Source of the DNA: Isurus oxyrinchus
Lineage: Eukaryota
Length of the DNA: 64,000 nt
Direction of reading: 5' to 3'
Assembly (NCBI GenBank): GCA_026770705.1
Contig: JANJGN010000121.1
Span: 1,240,001 to 1,304,000 of the forward strand
In this document: positions 24,565 through 37,519 of the stretch, piece after piece
Layout of the letters: every line of letters starts with the position of its first letter
How positions within the stretch are numbered: the first letter of the stretch is position 1
The notes under the pieces: generated by a model
Databases searched by the model: none
What the model saw: only the letters and a program-made list of their open reading frames with translations
What the model was told of the DNA's origin: nothing
Program-made: the position numbers and the translations under genes

Positions 24565-25960
24565 TGTGTGCAGCACTACCTCGGTACACACCTTCTGACA
24601 GTGCAGCACTCCCACAGGACTGATCTTCTGACACTGTATCCCTCCCTCACTACTGACCTTCCAACAGTTCAGCACTCCCTCAGTACTGACGATCCCACAG
24701 TGCAGCACTCCCTCAGTGCTCACCCTCCCACTGTGCAGCCCTCCCTCAGTACTGACGCTCCCACAGTGCAGCACTCCCTCAGTACTCACTCTCCCACAGT
24801 GCAGCCCTCCCTCAGTACTCACTCTCCTGAAGTGCTGTGTGAGTTGTTTCAATCAAGACTGATGCCCAAAGAGGGAGGTTTCATTGCTAAATCATTGAAA
24901 TCGTTGAAAATTATTTTTAGGCTAACGGGAACAAGACTTAGTTCCTCAAATCCTTTCTTTTGCAATAACACACAGTACAAGACTCTCTGTTTAAATAAAT
25001 TCCAGTTAAACTTTGCCATGAAAGGATATCTCCTCACGCTCCACTCTACCTCAGTACTAACCCTCCCACTGTCCAGCACCCCCTCAATAATGACCCTCCG
25101 ACTGTGCGGAACTCACTCAGTACAGACCCGCCGACAGTTCAGCACTCCCACATTACTGATCCTGTGACAGTGCAGCACTCCCTCATTACTGATCCTGTGA
25201 CAGTGCAGCACTCCCACATTACTGACCCTCTGACAGTGCAGCACTCCCTCAGTACTCACTCTCCCACAGTGCAGCACTCCCTCAGTACTCACACTCCCAC
25301 AGTGCAGCACTCCCTCAGTACTCACACTCCCACAGTGCAGCACTCCCTCAGTACTGACCCTCTCACAGTGCAACACTCCCTCAGTACTCACACTCCCACA
25401 GTGCAGCACTCCCTCAGTTCTCACCCTCCCACAGTGCAGCATTCCCTCAGTACTCACCCTCCCACAGTGCTGTGCGAGTTGTTTCAATCAAGACTGGTGC
25501 CCAAAGAGGGAGGTTTCAATGCTAAATCATAGAAATCAGTGAAAATTATTTTTAGGCTTACGGGAACAAGAGTTAGTTCCTCAAATCCTTTCTTTTGCAA
25601 TAACACACAGTACTGTTTAAATTCTGTTTAAATAAATTCCAGTTAAACTTTGTCATGAAAGGATATCTCCTCGCACTCCGCTCTACGTCAGTACAAACCC
25701 TCCCACAGTCCGGCACCCCCTCAATACTGACCCTCCACCTGTGCGGAACTCACTCAGTACAGACCCTCTGACAGTGCAGCACTCCCTCATTACTGACCCT
25801 ATGACAGTGCAGCACTCCCTCAGTACTGACCCTCCGACAGTGCAGCACTCCCTCAGTACTGACCCTCTTACAGTGCAGCACTCCCTCAGTACTGACCCTC
25901 TGATAGAGCAGCAATCCCACAGTAAACTCCCGCTGACAGTGCAGCACTCCCTCCGTAATG
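24565..25960 (+). repeat. 30-bp satellite arrays with a duplicated unique spacer
   Basis: 24830-25140 is repeated at 25466-25770. Confidence 0.9.
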
Positions 25961-26179
25961 ATAACAGGGATCGTTGAAATGTATCATAAGGCCAGAGACC
26001 TATATTAGGAACTCTTATCGCCTGAGTTTCAGCCTCCGAGGTGAGGGGGAGGAGTCTAAACCCACGGAGCCAATGGAGAAGCTTCATGACTACAGCTGCC
26101 CAAATTTGAGCTGACAGATCATCACATGGTAAACGTTTTGCTGAGAGCACAAAACATCCTCGATCTTCTCACTGGTTAC

Positions 26180-26730
26180 CCACTTCCTCATTTTGTCTCA
26201 CAGTGACACATCAACCCTTTCTAATTAAACATACAGAGGGGGCAGCACAGGAAGAGGTCATTCAGCCCAAGCAGAGCATGTGGGCAGTTCCTCCCCAGAC
26301 GAGCAGTCGGACAGGTCCTGGGTAAGTAACGGAATGATTGGAATTCACTTCCACCACCAACACCGTCCTTTGTTGATGTTGTGACTTTATGAAGACAGAT
26401 TCCAATGATTGATGCCTTTGAAAGATTTCTACTGATTATTGAGATCTGGGTGTGAGACTCAAGTCTGTTGTACAGAACATCTTTCTAGCTCAAGGGATGA
26501 GGGAAGTGCAGAGACATGAGCTTTGGGACGTCTTGAGGTGGTGAAAGGTGCTATAGAAATGCAAATCCTTCAATGTTTTTCTTTCTTAAAGCCTTGTAAC
26601 TCTCTGCAGAGCACCTATCATCCCACAGAGAATCAAATTAGTCTGTCAAGACATTGTCCAAAAGCAGTTCTGATCTCTTGAGAGCTGTCGGACAAGAGGT
26701 GAGGTCTCATTAACTCCTTTCTCTTTCAGA
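26180..26730 (+). promoter_or_regulatory. Copy 4: putative promoter/first exon and intron 1 of gene C
   Basis: ACTTCCTC at ~26182; donor at 26322; directly upstream of the SP exon. Confidence 0.6.
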
Positions 26731-26771
26731 GTTTGAGAGTCAGAAGCTTATGAAATATCTGGGAGTGGACA

Positions 26772-26811
26772 ATGATCGGGAAATCCTACTTCCTCCTGTC
26801 ACTTCTCCAAG
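26772..26811 (+). CDS. Gene C signal-peptide exon (MIGKSYFLLSLLQ)
   Basis: ATG at 26772; phase-1 donor CAAG|gtaata. Confidence 0.8.
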
Positions 26812-28499
26812 GTAATAACATCATCAGCTCGGACAGGTTTATGGCTAATAGTCTTTGTAAAAGATCATTCTTATTGAGTGTGATTGGGAACCGATTCAGC
26901 AGTGATCCAGTGTACAAACTGACACCAAGTCCCATTCACCCATCACCCCTGTGCTCACTGATATACACTGACTCCCTGTCTGACAGCAGAATTGGAGGAG
27001 AGCAGAGATCTCAGAGGGTTTTAGGGTTGGAGGAGGTTACAGGGATTGGGAGTGTAGAGGGGGGATGGTGGGGTAAGAAATCGATGATGAGAATTTGAAA
27101 TTTGAGTCATTGCTGGACTGGGAGGCAGTGTAGTTCATCCAGTGACAGGGGAGCGATCGGCTGAATAGAGAATCAGGGATACCAACTGGGGGATGAAGTC
27201 TATCCTGATGCTGGGACTCGGATAACAATGCCCTGAAATTTTGTGTCTATTGCTGATTTTAGTCAGAATTTCCCATGAAGACAACACAGCAGCTCCTAGA
27301 ATAGACAGGCTGTTCAGTGTCACACTTACTGTCCATTCTCACCATGCTAGATACTTCAATAAGGGAGCAAGATAACTGAAAGAGAGAAGGAAGGTAAAGC
27401 TGTCTGTGTGTAAAGGTGTCAAATATTCTGAGTTATCATGATTGTCTCTGATCTGCTGCAGTGTTTAAAGTTCTCAGAACATTAGCACTTTGCAGCTCAG
27501 AGAGAGACCATTGACTCACTGCTTGAAAGGCTGGTGGCAGCAGATTCAACAGGAACTTTCAGAAGGGGAACTAGATAAATACTTGAAGGGGACATTTTGC
27601 AGGGCTGTGGAGGAGAGAGCAGAGGTTAGAGTGGGACTAATTGGACAGATCTTTCAAAGGCCCAGCACAGGCTCGATGGGCCAAATGGCATCCTTCTATT
27701 CCGGATCATTCTACAATCTGATAAATTAAGACCCACTCTTCAGTAACTCTTCAGGCTCCTGCTGCAGGGATGGATCTTTGAGAAGGACAGGGAACAAGAG
27801 GTTCCTGGTATCATTTTCATATTTCTTGACAATTACATAAGTGTATAGATCTGTTGAATATTTGAGTCTCTAAAGCGTAGAGGTAATCTGCTGTTATGTC
27901 GAGATCTTGTGGTGGCAAAATTGTCTGGAGGTTTCTTTAATTGCTCACATTGATCTGTGGGATTGTCATTCTTTGATGTTGTCCCTGGTTTCAATTGACA
28001 TTACACCCTTGATGCAATTGAGAAGGCTTTAAAGTAATATAGCAGGGGATGGGATCCCGAGAGGAAGTTCAACAGAGAGAGATGCACAGCCAAAATTAGA
28101 AGAGAGCAAATGAACCTGGAAGGCATAGAAATTATTGGCCATTTAAGGCTCAAGATAGCGTGGCAAAGTTGGATTGTATTAATTTTAATGCAAGGAGTCT
28201 GACAGACTTGCATTCTCCTGCAGGTGTAATGTTGCAGCTCCCATGAAACTGCCAATATTGTTGAATCTTTCTGCATATTTCAATGTTATGTCATGAACTG
28301 AGTTTATGGGATAGTTTCTGAGACTGGGACAGACATAAATCCATTGGCTTTCAGCCGGACCAGACAATCTTGGAAGTGGGTGGGGCCAGAAAATCCCACC
28401 CCTATGGGAACATTTTCAGTTTATTTGATGTGCCCAGAGAGATCAATAAAGACCACAATCCACAATTTATTGGCAAGCCACGTCAGGATATGTGTGAGA

Positions 28500-30175
28500 G
28501 GTGGAATATCGATCACCGCTCCTAGTCTCGTCGTGTACATCATCGCCAATTCCTGGTTTGTCAGTCACCACATGTATATGTTCCTGATGGGATAGCGGAT
28601 GGTCATCCTTATTGCTTGAAGTTTCCCCGTTGTGCAGGGATTGTTTGGATCAGCGCACGGCTCTTTGTAGCTGCATCAGCCTTTGCTCTAGTGCCCTGCC
28701 ACTGTCAATGGCCCTTTCTGCCACAAGCCTTGATGGATTGGTGGAAAGCTGGGCATTTCCTTGGTGCCTGCAGAAGGCCACACCTTCCACAAGTCTCACT
28801 AGGTTTGGATGTTCTAGTGAGTGTGTCAACAATTGATGTTGTATTGAGGACCTGTAAGCTTGTTGACCTGCGAGGATCACTTCATATTTATGTCCATCCT
28901 TGAGTAGCTCTTCAATGCTATAGGTTTTGGTCTTATCTAGCAGATCTTTCTGGAAGGCTTCCATGGGAGTGGATGTGATCACCAACTCAAAAACTCTGTC
29001 TGCAGACTCTGTGTTTGAAATCACAGTGCGTACCCTTTTCTCTACATCGGCTGATGAAGTGGTCTATGGATTGTGTAGGCTGATGAAATGACATAAACTC
29101 TAGTTGATGAATATGGAGTTTAACCTGATTCTGAACCTGTCTTCCAATATCGTCCATATCTATTGGGGATCCTTTCGCTCTTCTGCTGTTAATCCTGACG
29201 TGTTCAGCCTGTGTAGACCTTCATTCCCAATCGCGAGGTGAATTTTTATGGCTTGTTCGTCTGGTTCAGTCACACCTGAATCAGGAAACCAGAGCTCTGT
29301 ACGCTGTTTAAACATTCTGAATTCAGATAGTCGGTCAGCTACATCCCAGTTCAAACTGGGGAATTTAGTGGACATTCTGACAATATTCCTTTGACCTTCC
29401 TTCTCCTACAGGATCTGGGATGAGTGTCGCTTTAGCCCCTTTCGTGCGCTTTTCCGAAGCTCCGCCCACGAAGACGGGTTGTGGCAGGAACACACCACGG
29501 AGTAATGGAGTCTTTGTTTTTTATTCAATTTGCTGTTCAGCAATCTCGAAGCCGCCCGTTATAATCACTAACTTCTCTGGGCTGATTTTTATAATGGTTT
29601 TTGTGTGTTTGACTCTCCCTCGCTCACTATCGATCCAGCCCACACCCTGGTCACTCGCCTTCCCTGACTGAGCTAACCTGCTGCTGGTCCTGGCGATACA
29701 CACTGTCCCACTCATTGACCTACAGGCCGTGTGCTGTAATCCCACCACGAGGGATCCGTCTGCTCCCCAGCTCTTTACTTGAGCTCTTTCCCGTCACTGT
29801 GTCTTCAAAGGTTTCCTGAGCAGTCAGTACACTGCGATTTCAACCCTCTCTGATGCTGTGTCTCTGTTGTGGTCTGACCAAAGCATCGAGGATCGTCTCA
29901 TGTCACGTAGCTCGATCTAAGGCTGTTCACCACGTCATATCTGTACTGAATCTTGCTGCCTGAATGTTTGGCCACCACCGATCACCATGTTGTGTTTTTA
30001 TAATGATATAAAGGCACCAGCCACTGATACGGAATTGGGTAAACACATTGTGGGTTCATTTATTTGGAATAGGGACATGAGAACAGATATACAAGGATAG
30101 AAAGCTGGGAGACACCTGCAGCCAAACTGTGTGAGCTGTGTTCTGCTCACAGGCCAAAGTGAGACTTGGACTGGA
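28500..30175 (-). mobile_element. Degenerate Gypsy-like LTR retroelement (gag, PBS, LTR part)
   Basis: FPSLNW...EFRMFKQRTELWF...AIGNEGL gag-like frame; ...aaca|tggtgatc LTR/PBS junction at ~29990 on the minus strand. Confidence 0.65.
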
Positions 30176-30178
30176 TGG

Positions 30179-31880
30179 TGTTACCATCCCAGCTGTCGTT
30201 ACTACTGGGCAAGTCAGATCCCAGGGTGGAACTCAGCTTGATAGGTCCTAACTTTTATTTTTTATTTAGGAATGTGGAGTGCGGCTACTGAACAGAGTCA
30301 CAGGAGTCATCTGATGAACTTCTAACAAAAGAATAAAACATTTATTAAACTAGGAAAGACAAACTATATGACATTACTCATTCACCCAGATCTATACCTT
30401 TACAGATTCATAAGTAGAACACAAGTTACGATATCTATCTTATACTCTCTTGTTCACACTAAGTACACAGTCGATGTAAACCAATAGACGACCTGTGGTC
30501 AGGGACACCACATTCTGAAAGCAAGTGGCAGAGCCCACTTGAAACAAATTCTATGTCTCATCTGTCCCCAGACGCTTGTTGCACTGTGAGCCAACCAGTC
30601 TCACTGAAAAGCTTCTTTCTTATGAGGGTTTCCAATCTCCACTCTCCAAGAACTCACTTTGGAATCTTCTCCAACATGACACTTTCACTCAGACACCTTC
30701 CACAAGGGACCACTTTCACTATTTCAAACTCTCCTTCCCATGTTCCTGTCCCCTGGATCGCCACGTGCATTCAGCCTTCCTTCCACGCCCTGTCTCTCCA
30801 ATGCTCAGCCGTGTCAATGGAACACCATGGCTTCACATGGCCGTAGTAATGAGTCACCAACCTGTGGTGTCTCCTAGGATCTTCTGGCTTCTCGCAAGCC
30901 TATTTTGCTTTAGGCCTGTGTCCTGCTGCTTTCTCCCTTTATGCTTGAAGCCTTCTTCTGCTCCTCACTCTTAACTTCACTTTACAGGGCCTTTTCCAGA
31001 TTTGACTAGAAGGTCTTCTTGGGCCCTTTCTCCTGTCAAACTCGATAGATTTGGCTTCTTCTTTACTTTGGGACTGACTATCTGTCCCGCTCCTTTGCTG
31101 CTTCTCCTGGCAACTCCTTTCAACAGAACTGAAAGTACTTTTCTGTTTTTTTCTGTCTCTGTGGGTCCTTCCCTCTGGATCACTGTTACTAGGCAACAGC
31201 ATAGTTTCTTACACCTTGTATTTGTTTTGACTTCCCTTCAACAGTCATAAAACCTCAATGGAATGCTGGCTTCTTTTTAACTCAGGTTCCCCCTTTTCTC
31301 AACACCCAAATACAGAAATACAAACTAAACTTGAACTTAAAGATAGACCTTTTGCCTAACGCACACAAATACACATAGAACTTACTTAAGCGAACACCAG
31401 TTCCTAAAAATCACATGACACACTTCCTCTCGAGTGATGTCATGCTGCTGTCCCTGAAAGGCATATTACAAAAGTGTTATCACTTGGCAGGTGATGTGTG
31501 CCAGGCAGACCAAGTCCCTGAGAGAAACCTGGTCACACTATCATAATGATTTTGCAATTTGTATTTATTATGAGATGTGTGCACTTAATTCAGAAGCAAT
31601 AACTCCACCAATACCGTCTGAGATTTAAAACAATAAATTAACATATTTGTCATCAAAATAAAGGATTTCAAGCACATAAATAACTACAAGACTGCTATCA
31701 TAACTCCTAAAATTCCTAATTAACCTGACTCCCAGTTACAGTCCCTTTAAGGCAACAGACCAAAAATAGATGTTAGATTTAAAACAAAATCAGCAAGTTA
31801 ACCCAATGCCCCGGACAGTGGAATTCCAAATGCATTGTCCCCAACTTCAGTTCTGTTGGAGAGCAGGCTTGTGCACAAAC
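30179..31880. mobile_element. Nested LTR-like relics
   Basis: TGTTA starts at 30179 and 31475; 31500-31700 resembles the reverse of the LTR end at 51560-51746. Confidence 0.45.
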
Positions 31881-32095
31881 AGGGTCCTGAGGACCATGAA
31901 CCAATGTAGAATGAACTTTTCCGCTTTTGTGTCCAGGATTCTCTTCCATCTGGTGTGATACCTTGTGGAGTTCATTGTGTGTCCTGTAGATGCTCCACAC
32001 TGCAGCCACTGTGCCCCAGTGATGGAGGGGGTGGATATTGAGTCTAGTGGATCAACAAAACATCCAGAGTTAAATATTGATATTTCTCTCCCCAG

Positions 32096-32473
32096 TTGGA
32101 TTGTCACAAGAGTGGAAAGGTGACACTCCACGAGAGGTGACAGCGCAGGAAGGTTCGTGTGTACAGATTCCATGTCATTACAGTTATCCATCAGATTTGG
32201 TAAAGAAACCCCAGGTCGGAATCTGGAAAATGAGAAGATACATACAGAACAAATGGTCTAAATGGTCTATAGCCTTTCACTCCAAGGGTCACAGTCGCGA
32301 GTTATCACAGTTCCACCATCGGACCCGGCTGTCTGGAGACCTGAAAGATGGCGACTGTTCCCTGATTATAAACAACATCAGACGGGAAGATGCAGGATCT
32401 TATTTTTTCACGATAAAATTTGGCAATGGTCCGAGACATAACGTTTCCCCTGAAACCCAGCTTCACGTTTCTG
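32096..32473 (+). CDS. Gene C V-set exon 1 (YFFT, no essential Arg)
   Basis: cccag|(V)GLSQEW...CVQIPC...GDCSL...DAGSYFFTIKF...LHVS|gtaagt; 378 nt, open. Confidence 0.9.
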
Positions 32474-32689
32474 GTAAGTGCTGTGTTATAATTACTCACC
32501 AATTCACATCCAACACTCAATGGGAAATAATAGTGTTTGATTTGCTTGTTTTTTGGCCGTGTTAACCAGCGTCACTATTTTTAATGATTTGTCTATTTCT
32601 GCTCCCAGATCCATGAGCTTATTGTGTGTGATTGAATCCACATCATAGCTGTAACGTAAACCGAGCTGAGGGGTGATGACACCTCCCCC

Positions 32690-33700
32690 CTGAGTGAAGT
32701 GTCTCCTCCCCACTACACCTTCCACCCCTCACACTGTCCGTGTAAACCCCCGTCCCATCTCCAGCCTCTCTTTCCCCTCCAAAGTCCTTGAACGTGTTTC
32801 CATCTCCCGAATCCGGTTCCATCTTTCCCGGAACTCCATGTTTGAATCCCTCCAATCAGGTTCCCACCCCAGCCACTGTGCTGAAACAGCTCCTATCAAG
32901 GTCACAAATGGCATCCTGTGTGACTGTGACAAAGGTCAACTTTCCCTCCTCGTCCTTCTCGATCTGTCTGCAGCCTTTGACACGCTCGACCACACCATCC
33001 TCCTCCAACCCCTCTCCACTGTCGTCCAGCTGGGTGGGACTGCTCTCCCCTGGCTCCATTCTTATCCATCTCATCGTAGCCAGAGAATCACTTGCAATGG
33101 CTTTGCAGCATCATCTGAACAGTATTAGTTTTCACCTGTCCACTGAGGATCCCCAGCTCTACCTCACCACCACCTCTCTCGACTCCTCCACTGCTGCTAA
33201 ATTATCAGGCTGCTTATCCGACATCCAGTACTGGATGGGCAGAAATTCCCTCCAATTAAATATTGGAAAGACTGAAGCCATTGTCTTCATTCCTCGATCC
33301 AAACTCTGTTCCCTCGCTACCAACTCCATTCCTCTCCCTGGCAGCTCTCTGAGATTGAAGCCAATCTGTTCACAGCTTTGTTGTCCCATTTGATCCTGAG
33401 ATGAGCTTCCGGCCTCATATCTGCGCCCTCACTAACACTGTCTATTTCCACCTCCATAACGTCGTACGACTTCACCCTGTCTCAGCTCATCTGCTGCTGA
33501 AACCCTCATCCACGCCTTCATTACCTCCAGACTCGACTGTTCCAACACATGCTCTACACTCCATAAACTTGAGGCCATCCAAAACTGCTGACCACGTCCT
33601 TACTCACACCAAGTCCCGTTCCCTTATCACCCGCTCTGCTCGATGACCGAGACTGGCTCCTGGTCAAGCAAAGTCTCAATGTCCAAATTTTTGAATATTT
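32690..33700 (+). mobile_element. L2-clade LINE RT fragment
   Basis: LLVLLDLSAAFDTLDH, DPQLY, LQLNIGKTE. Confidence 0.85.
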
Positions 33701-33759
33701 TTCCTCCCTATTACAGTAATCTCCTCCTTTATCTTCATCCACGGCAACATTCCCTATCG

Positions 33760-34702
33760 CAGGAGCCTCCTCCAGTCCCTACAACCCTCTCTATCTCAGG
33801 AGCCTCCTCCAGTCCCTACAACCCTCCCTATCTCAGGAGCCTCCTCCAGTCCCTACAACCCTCCCTATCTCAGGAGACTCCTCCAGTCCCTACAACCCTC
33901 CTATCTCAGTACTCTCTTCCAATCCCGAAAACCATTCCTATCACTGCAAACTCCTCCGGACCCAACACCCCTCCCTATCTCTTTAACCTCCTCAAGCCCC
34001 GATAACCCTCGCGATATTTGTAGCCTCCTCCAGTCCTAACAACCTCCACTATCTCTGCAAACTCCTCCAGACCGAATACCTCTCCCTATCTCTGTAAGCT
34101 GGTCCATCTCTTACAACCCTTCATATTTCTGTAACCTCCTCCAGCCCACTACAACCCTCCCTATCTCTGTAACCTCCTCCAGTCCCTAAGAGTTTCCTTC
34201 ATCTCTGTAACTCCTCCAGCCATTATAACCCTCCCTATCTCTGTAGCCTCCCTCAGCCCCAGCCACACTCCATATCTATGTAACCTCGTCCTGCCCCTAC
34301 AACCCTCCCTATCTCTGTAACCCCATCCTGCCCCAAAAACTCCCCCATCTCTGTAAACTCCTCCAGTCCCTGCAACCTTCCCTACCTCTGAAACCTCCAC
34401 CAGCCTTTCCAACCCTCCCTACCTCTGCAATCCGTCCAGCCCCTACAACTCTTCCTATCCCTGTAAACTCCTCCTGCCCCTAAAACCCTCTCTGCCCTTG
34501 CAGCCTCCTCCAGTCCCTACACGTTCCCCATCTCCATAAACTCCTCAAATCCCTATAGCCCTCCCTATCTCTGCAACCTCCTCCAGGTCCTACCACCCTC
34601 CCTATCTGCGTAATGTCCTCCAGTATCTACAGCCCTCCCTATCTCTGTTACCTCCTCCAGCCCCCACAAACCTCCCTATCTGTGTAACCTCCTCCAGCCC
34701 CA
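33760..34702 (+). repeat. ~34-bp minisatellite (ctccctatctctgtaacctcctccagccctacaac)
   Basis: Degenerate tandem units expanded from the L2 3' region. Confidence 0.85.
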
Positions 34703-34779
34703 GATGGAAGGTGGGTCGAGCGGGTCAGTCACTTGCATGTTTATTCTGCAGCTTTAATATTTTAAGAAGGTAAGAATGT

Positions 34780-35610
34780 AGGAACATAAGAAATAGGGAC
34801 AGGATCAGGCCATTCGGCCCCTCGAGCCTGCTCTCACTGATCTGGTTGTGGCCTTAACTCCATTTTCCTGCCTGTCCCCCAAACCCTTGACTCCCTTGTC
34901 GATCAAAAACCTGCCTCACTCAGCCTTGAGTCTATTCAATGGCCCAGCCTCCACTGCTCTCTGGGGAAGAGAATTCCACAGGCTAGCGCCCCTCTGAGAG
35001 AGGAAATTCCTCCTCATCTCAGTCTTAGATGGGAGAGCCCTCATTCCGAAACTGTGCTCCCTGGTTCTAGATTCCCCCACGAGGGGGAAACATCCTCCCA
35101 GCATCCACCCTGTCAAGCCCCCTCGGAATCGGATATGTTTCAATAAGGTCACCCCTCATTCTTCTAAACTCCAATGGATACAGGCCCAACCTGCTCAACA
35201 TTTCCTCACAGGACAAACCCTTTAATCCCAGGAATCAGCCCAGTGAACCTCCTCTGAACTGCCTCCAAAGCAACTCTATCCCTCCCTAAGTAAGGAGACC
35301 AGAACTGTACACACTGCTCCTGATACAATCTCACCAACGCCCTGTGCAGCTGCTGCAAGACTTCCCTCCTTTTATACCCCATCCCTTTGCAATAAAGGCC
35401 AACATTCCACTTGCCTTCCTCATTCCGTGGTGTTCCTGAATGCTGACTTTCTGTGATTCATGTACAAGGACACCCAGATCCCTCTGTACTGCATTCTGCA
35501 GCCTGTCTCCATTTAAATAATATCCTGTTTTTCTATTCTTCCTGCCAAAATAATTTGTTGCCATTCTCCTCAGTATTGACCATCCCCCCAATTCAGCCTC
35601 ATCTGTAAAT
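34780..35610 (-). mobile_element. CR1-like LINE 3' fragment
   Basis: Very similar to 1085-1560; QRDLGVLVH motif. Confidence 0.85.
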
Positions 35611-35669
35611 TTTGAGTCTAGTGGATCCACAAACCATCCAGAGTTAAATATTGAGATTTCTCTCCCCAG

Positions 35670-36038
35670 ATAAACCCTCACAAGAGTGGAAAGGTGACAG
35701 TCCACGAGAGGTGACAGCACAGGAAGGTTCGTGTGTACAGATTCCATGTCATTACAGTTATCCATTGTGTCCGGAAAACCAACCGCGAGGTGGAGTCTGG
35801 TTTAATAATGAGAAACAGATTCCCTGGGCTCCCATTGCCTTTCACTCCAAGGATCACAGTCACGAGTTACCACGGTTCCACCATCGGACCCGGCTGTCTG
35901 GAGACCTGAAAGATGGCGACTGTTCCCTGATTATAAACAACATCAGACGGGAAGATGCAGGAACTTATATTTTCAGAATAGAATTTGACAATGGTCCGGG
36001 CCATAACTATTACCCTGTAACCCAGCTTCACGTTTCTG
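35670..36038 (+). CDS. Gene C V-set exon 2 (YIFR, Arg retained)
   Basis: cccag|(D)KPSQEW...CVQIPCHYSYPLC...DAGTYIFRIEF...LHVS|gtaagt; 369 nt, open. Confidence 0.9.
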
Positions 36039-36314
36039 GTAAGTGCTGTGTTATAATTACTCAACAATTCACATTCAACACTCAATGGGAAATAACACAA
36101 ACTGTGACGTTTACATATTAACACAAAACACAGCTAATTATAACACACTGTCTGGTTCTCAATAACCTGGTGATAGCTTCCAGTTCAGTCCTAAAACAAC
36201 CTCTAATACTCACTTTAATATCAGTGATTAAATGTATTGACTGTGTCCATCAATGTTATCAGGTTATCCACTTACATCAATCTCCCTAATCCTGTTTAAA
36301 ATTCTTACATATCA

Positions 36315-36500
36315 ACAAAAGAAAGATTTGCATTTCTATAGCGCCTTTCACCACCTCTGGACGTCGCAAATGGATTCACAACCATTGAAATAATTCTTGA
36401 AATGTAGCCCTTGTTGTAATATGGGAAACACAGCAGCCAATTTGTGCACAGGAAGCTCCCAGAAACAGCAATGTGATCAATAACCTGATCATCTGCTTTA
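36315..36500 (-). mobile_element. Deu-domain-like SINE fragment
   Basis: rc of gggagctt.ctgtgcacaaattggctgctg.gtttcc. Confidence 0.6.
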
Positions 36501-36845
36501 AATGCCGGTTCAGTGATTGGTTCAAATGGATTCTCTCCTGCTGGGAACAGGATAGAATTTAAATCTGGCAGATTTCGGAGAAAGTAACAAGCCAGTGTGT
36601 CAGGAACTGTGAGCTGATCCCCCACCCTCACCCGTCAATTCAATTGTCTCAAAGTGGAAGTGAATTCATCTGAGTGACTGAAACTCCACTAAGTCTGAAA
36701 ATAGGAAAGTCTCTCCTGATCGTTGTAATCTCTCAGTTCTGATATCATCCTTGTAAAAGTGCTTTTTCTTGTGGGACTGTGATTTCTATTTGAACTGATG
36801 CTTCACGTTATATTTCTCTAAAAGGATCCATTCTCTGTCTGTTAG

Positions 36846-37142
36846 ATTTCACAGATAAACCCATGATATTCCCTGCTGAAATTATTGCAGGGAAGCGTGT
36901 GGATGTAAGCTGCACCTTCAACACAACGTGCAATGGAACAGCAGCACCTGTCTTAACCTGGGACACTCCCACTGATGTACCTGGATCAGTCTCAAACACT
37001 GTAACTCAGCATGGTGTCACTCTGACCTATACTTCTGTTCTGACCCTGATCCCATCACTCAAACACCACGGACACACTCTCAGCTGCAGAGTGAGATATC
37101 CATCTGTTTCATCGGAGCGGACCCTTGTACTAACTGTACAAG
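36846..37142 (+). CDS. Gene C Siglec C2-set exon (DFTDKP...CTFNTTC...SVLTLIPSLKHHGHTLSC)
   Basis: Typical Siglec domain 2 with the extra B-C loop Cys; GT-AG, phase 1-1. Confidence 0.9.
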
Positions 37143-37519
37143 GTAAGTACTGACACCCTTGATTCTATATTAGCTGTAATAGGATACAATGTGCAGAGCA
37201 AGATCCCACAAACATCACTGGGTTGAAGACAAAACAGGTCCTTTTTTATTAGTGATATTGACCAGGGAGAGCTCTTCCTGTATTGAGCCTTGGGATTGTT
37301 TATGCCTACCTGATAGGGCAGAGGGGGCCAAGGTTGAACTTAAAAGACAATATAGGATAATATAAATATTGTCTTCATTGATGTCAAAGATTTTGGGGGA
37401 GATGTAGTATAAAAGTTTAATATTAACAATGTAAATAGATAGTATTTATCATCAGTTACTCAAGGTCACATGAGAATAGAACACGGAGAGAGATAGTTCT
37501 ATAGATACCTAGGTACATA

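Noticed and set aside
20773-36100. V(D)J-type rearranging V segments
   Set aside because: Each V exon includes its own G strand and ends in a splice donor; no heptamer/nonamer RSS seen adjacent.
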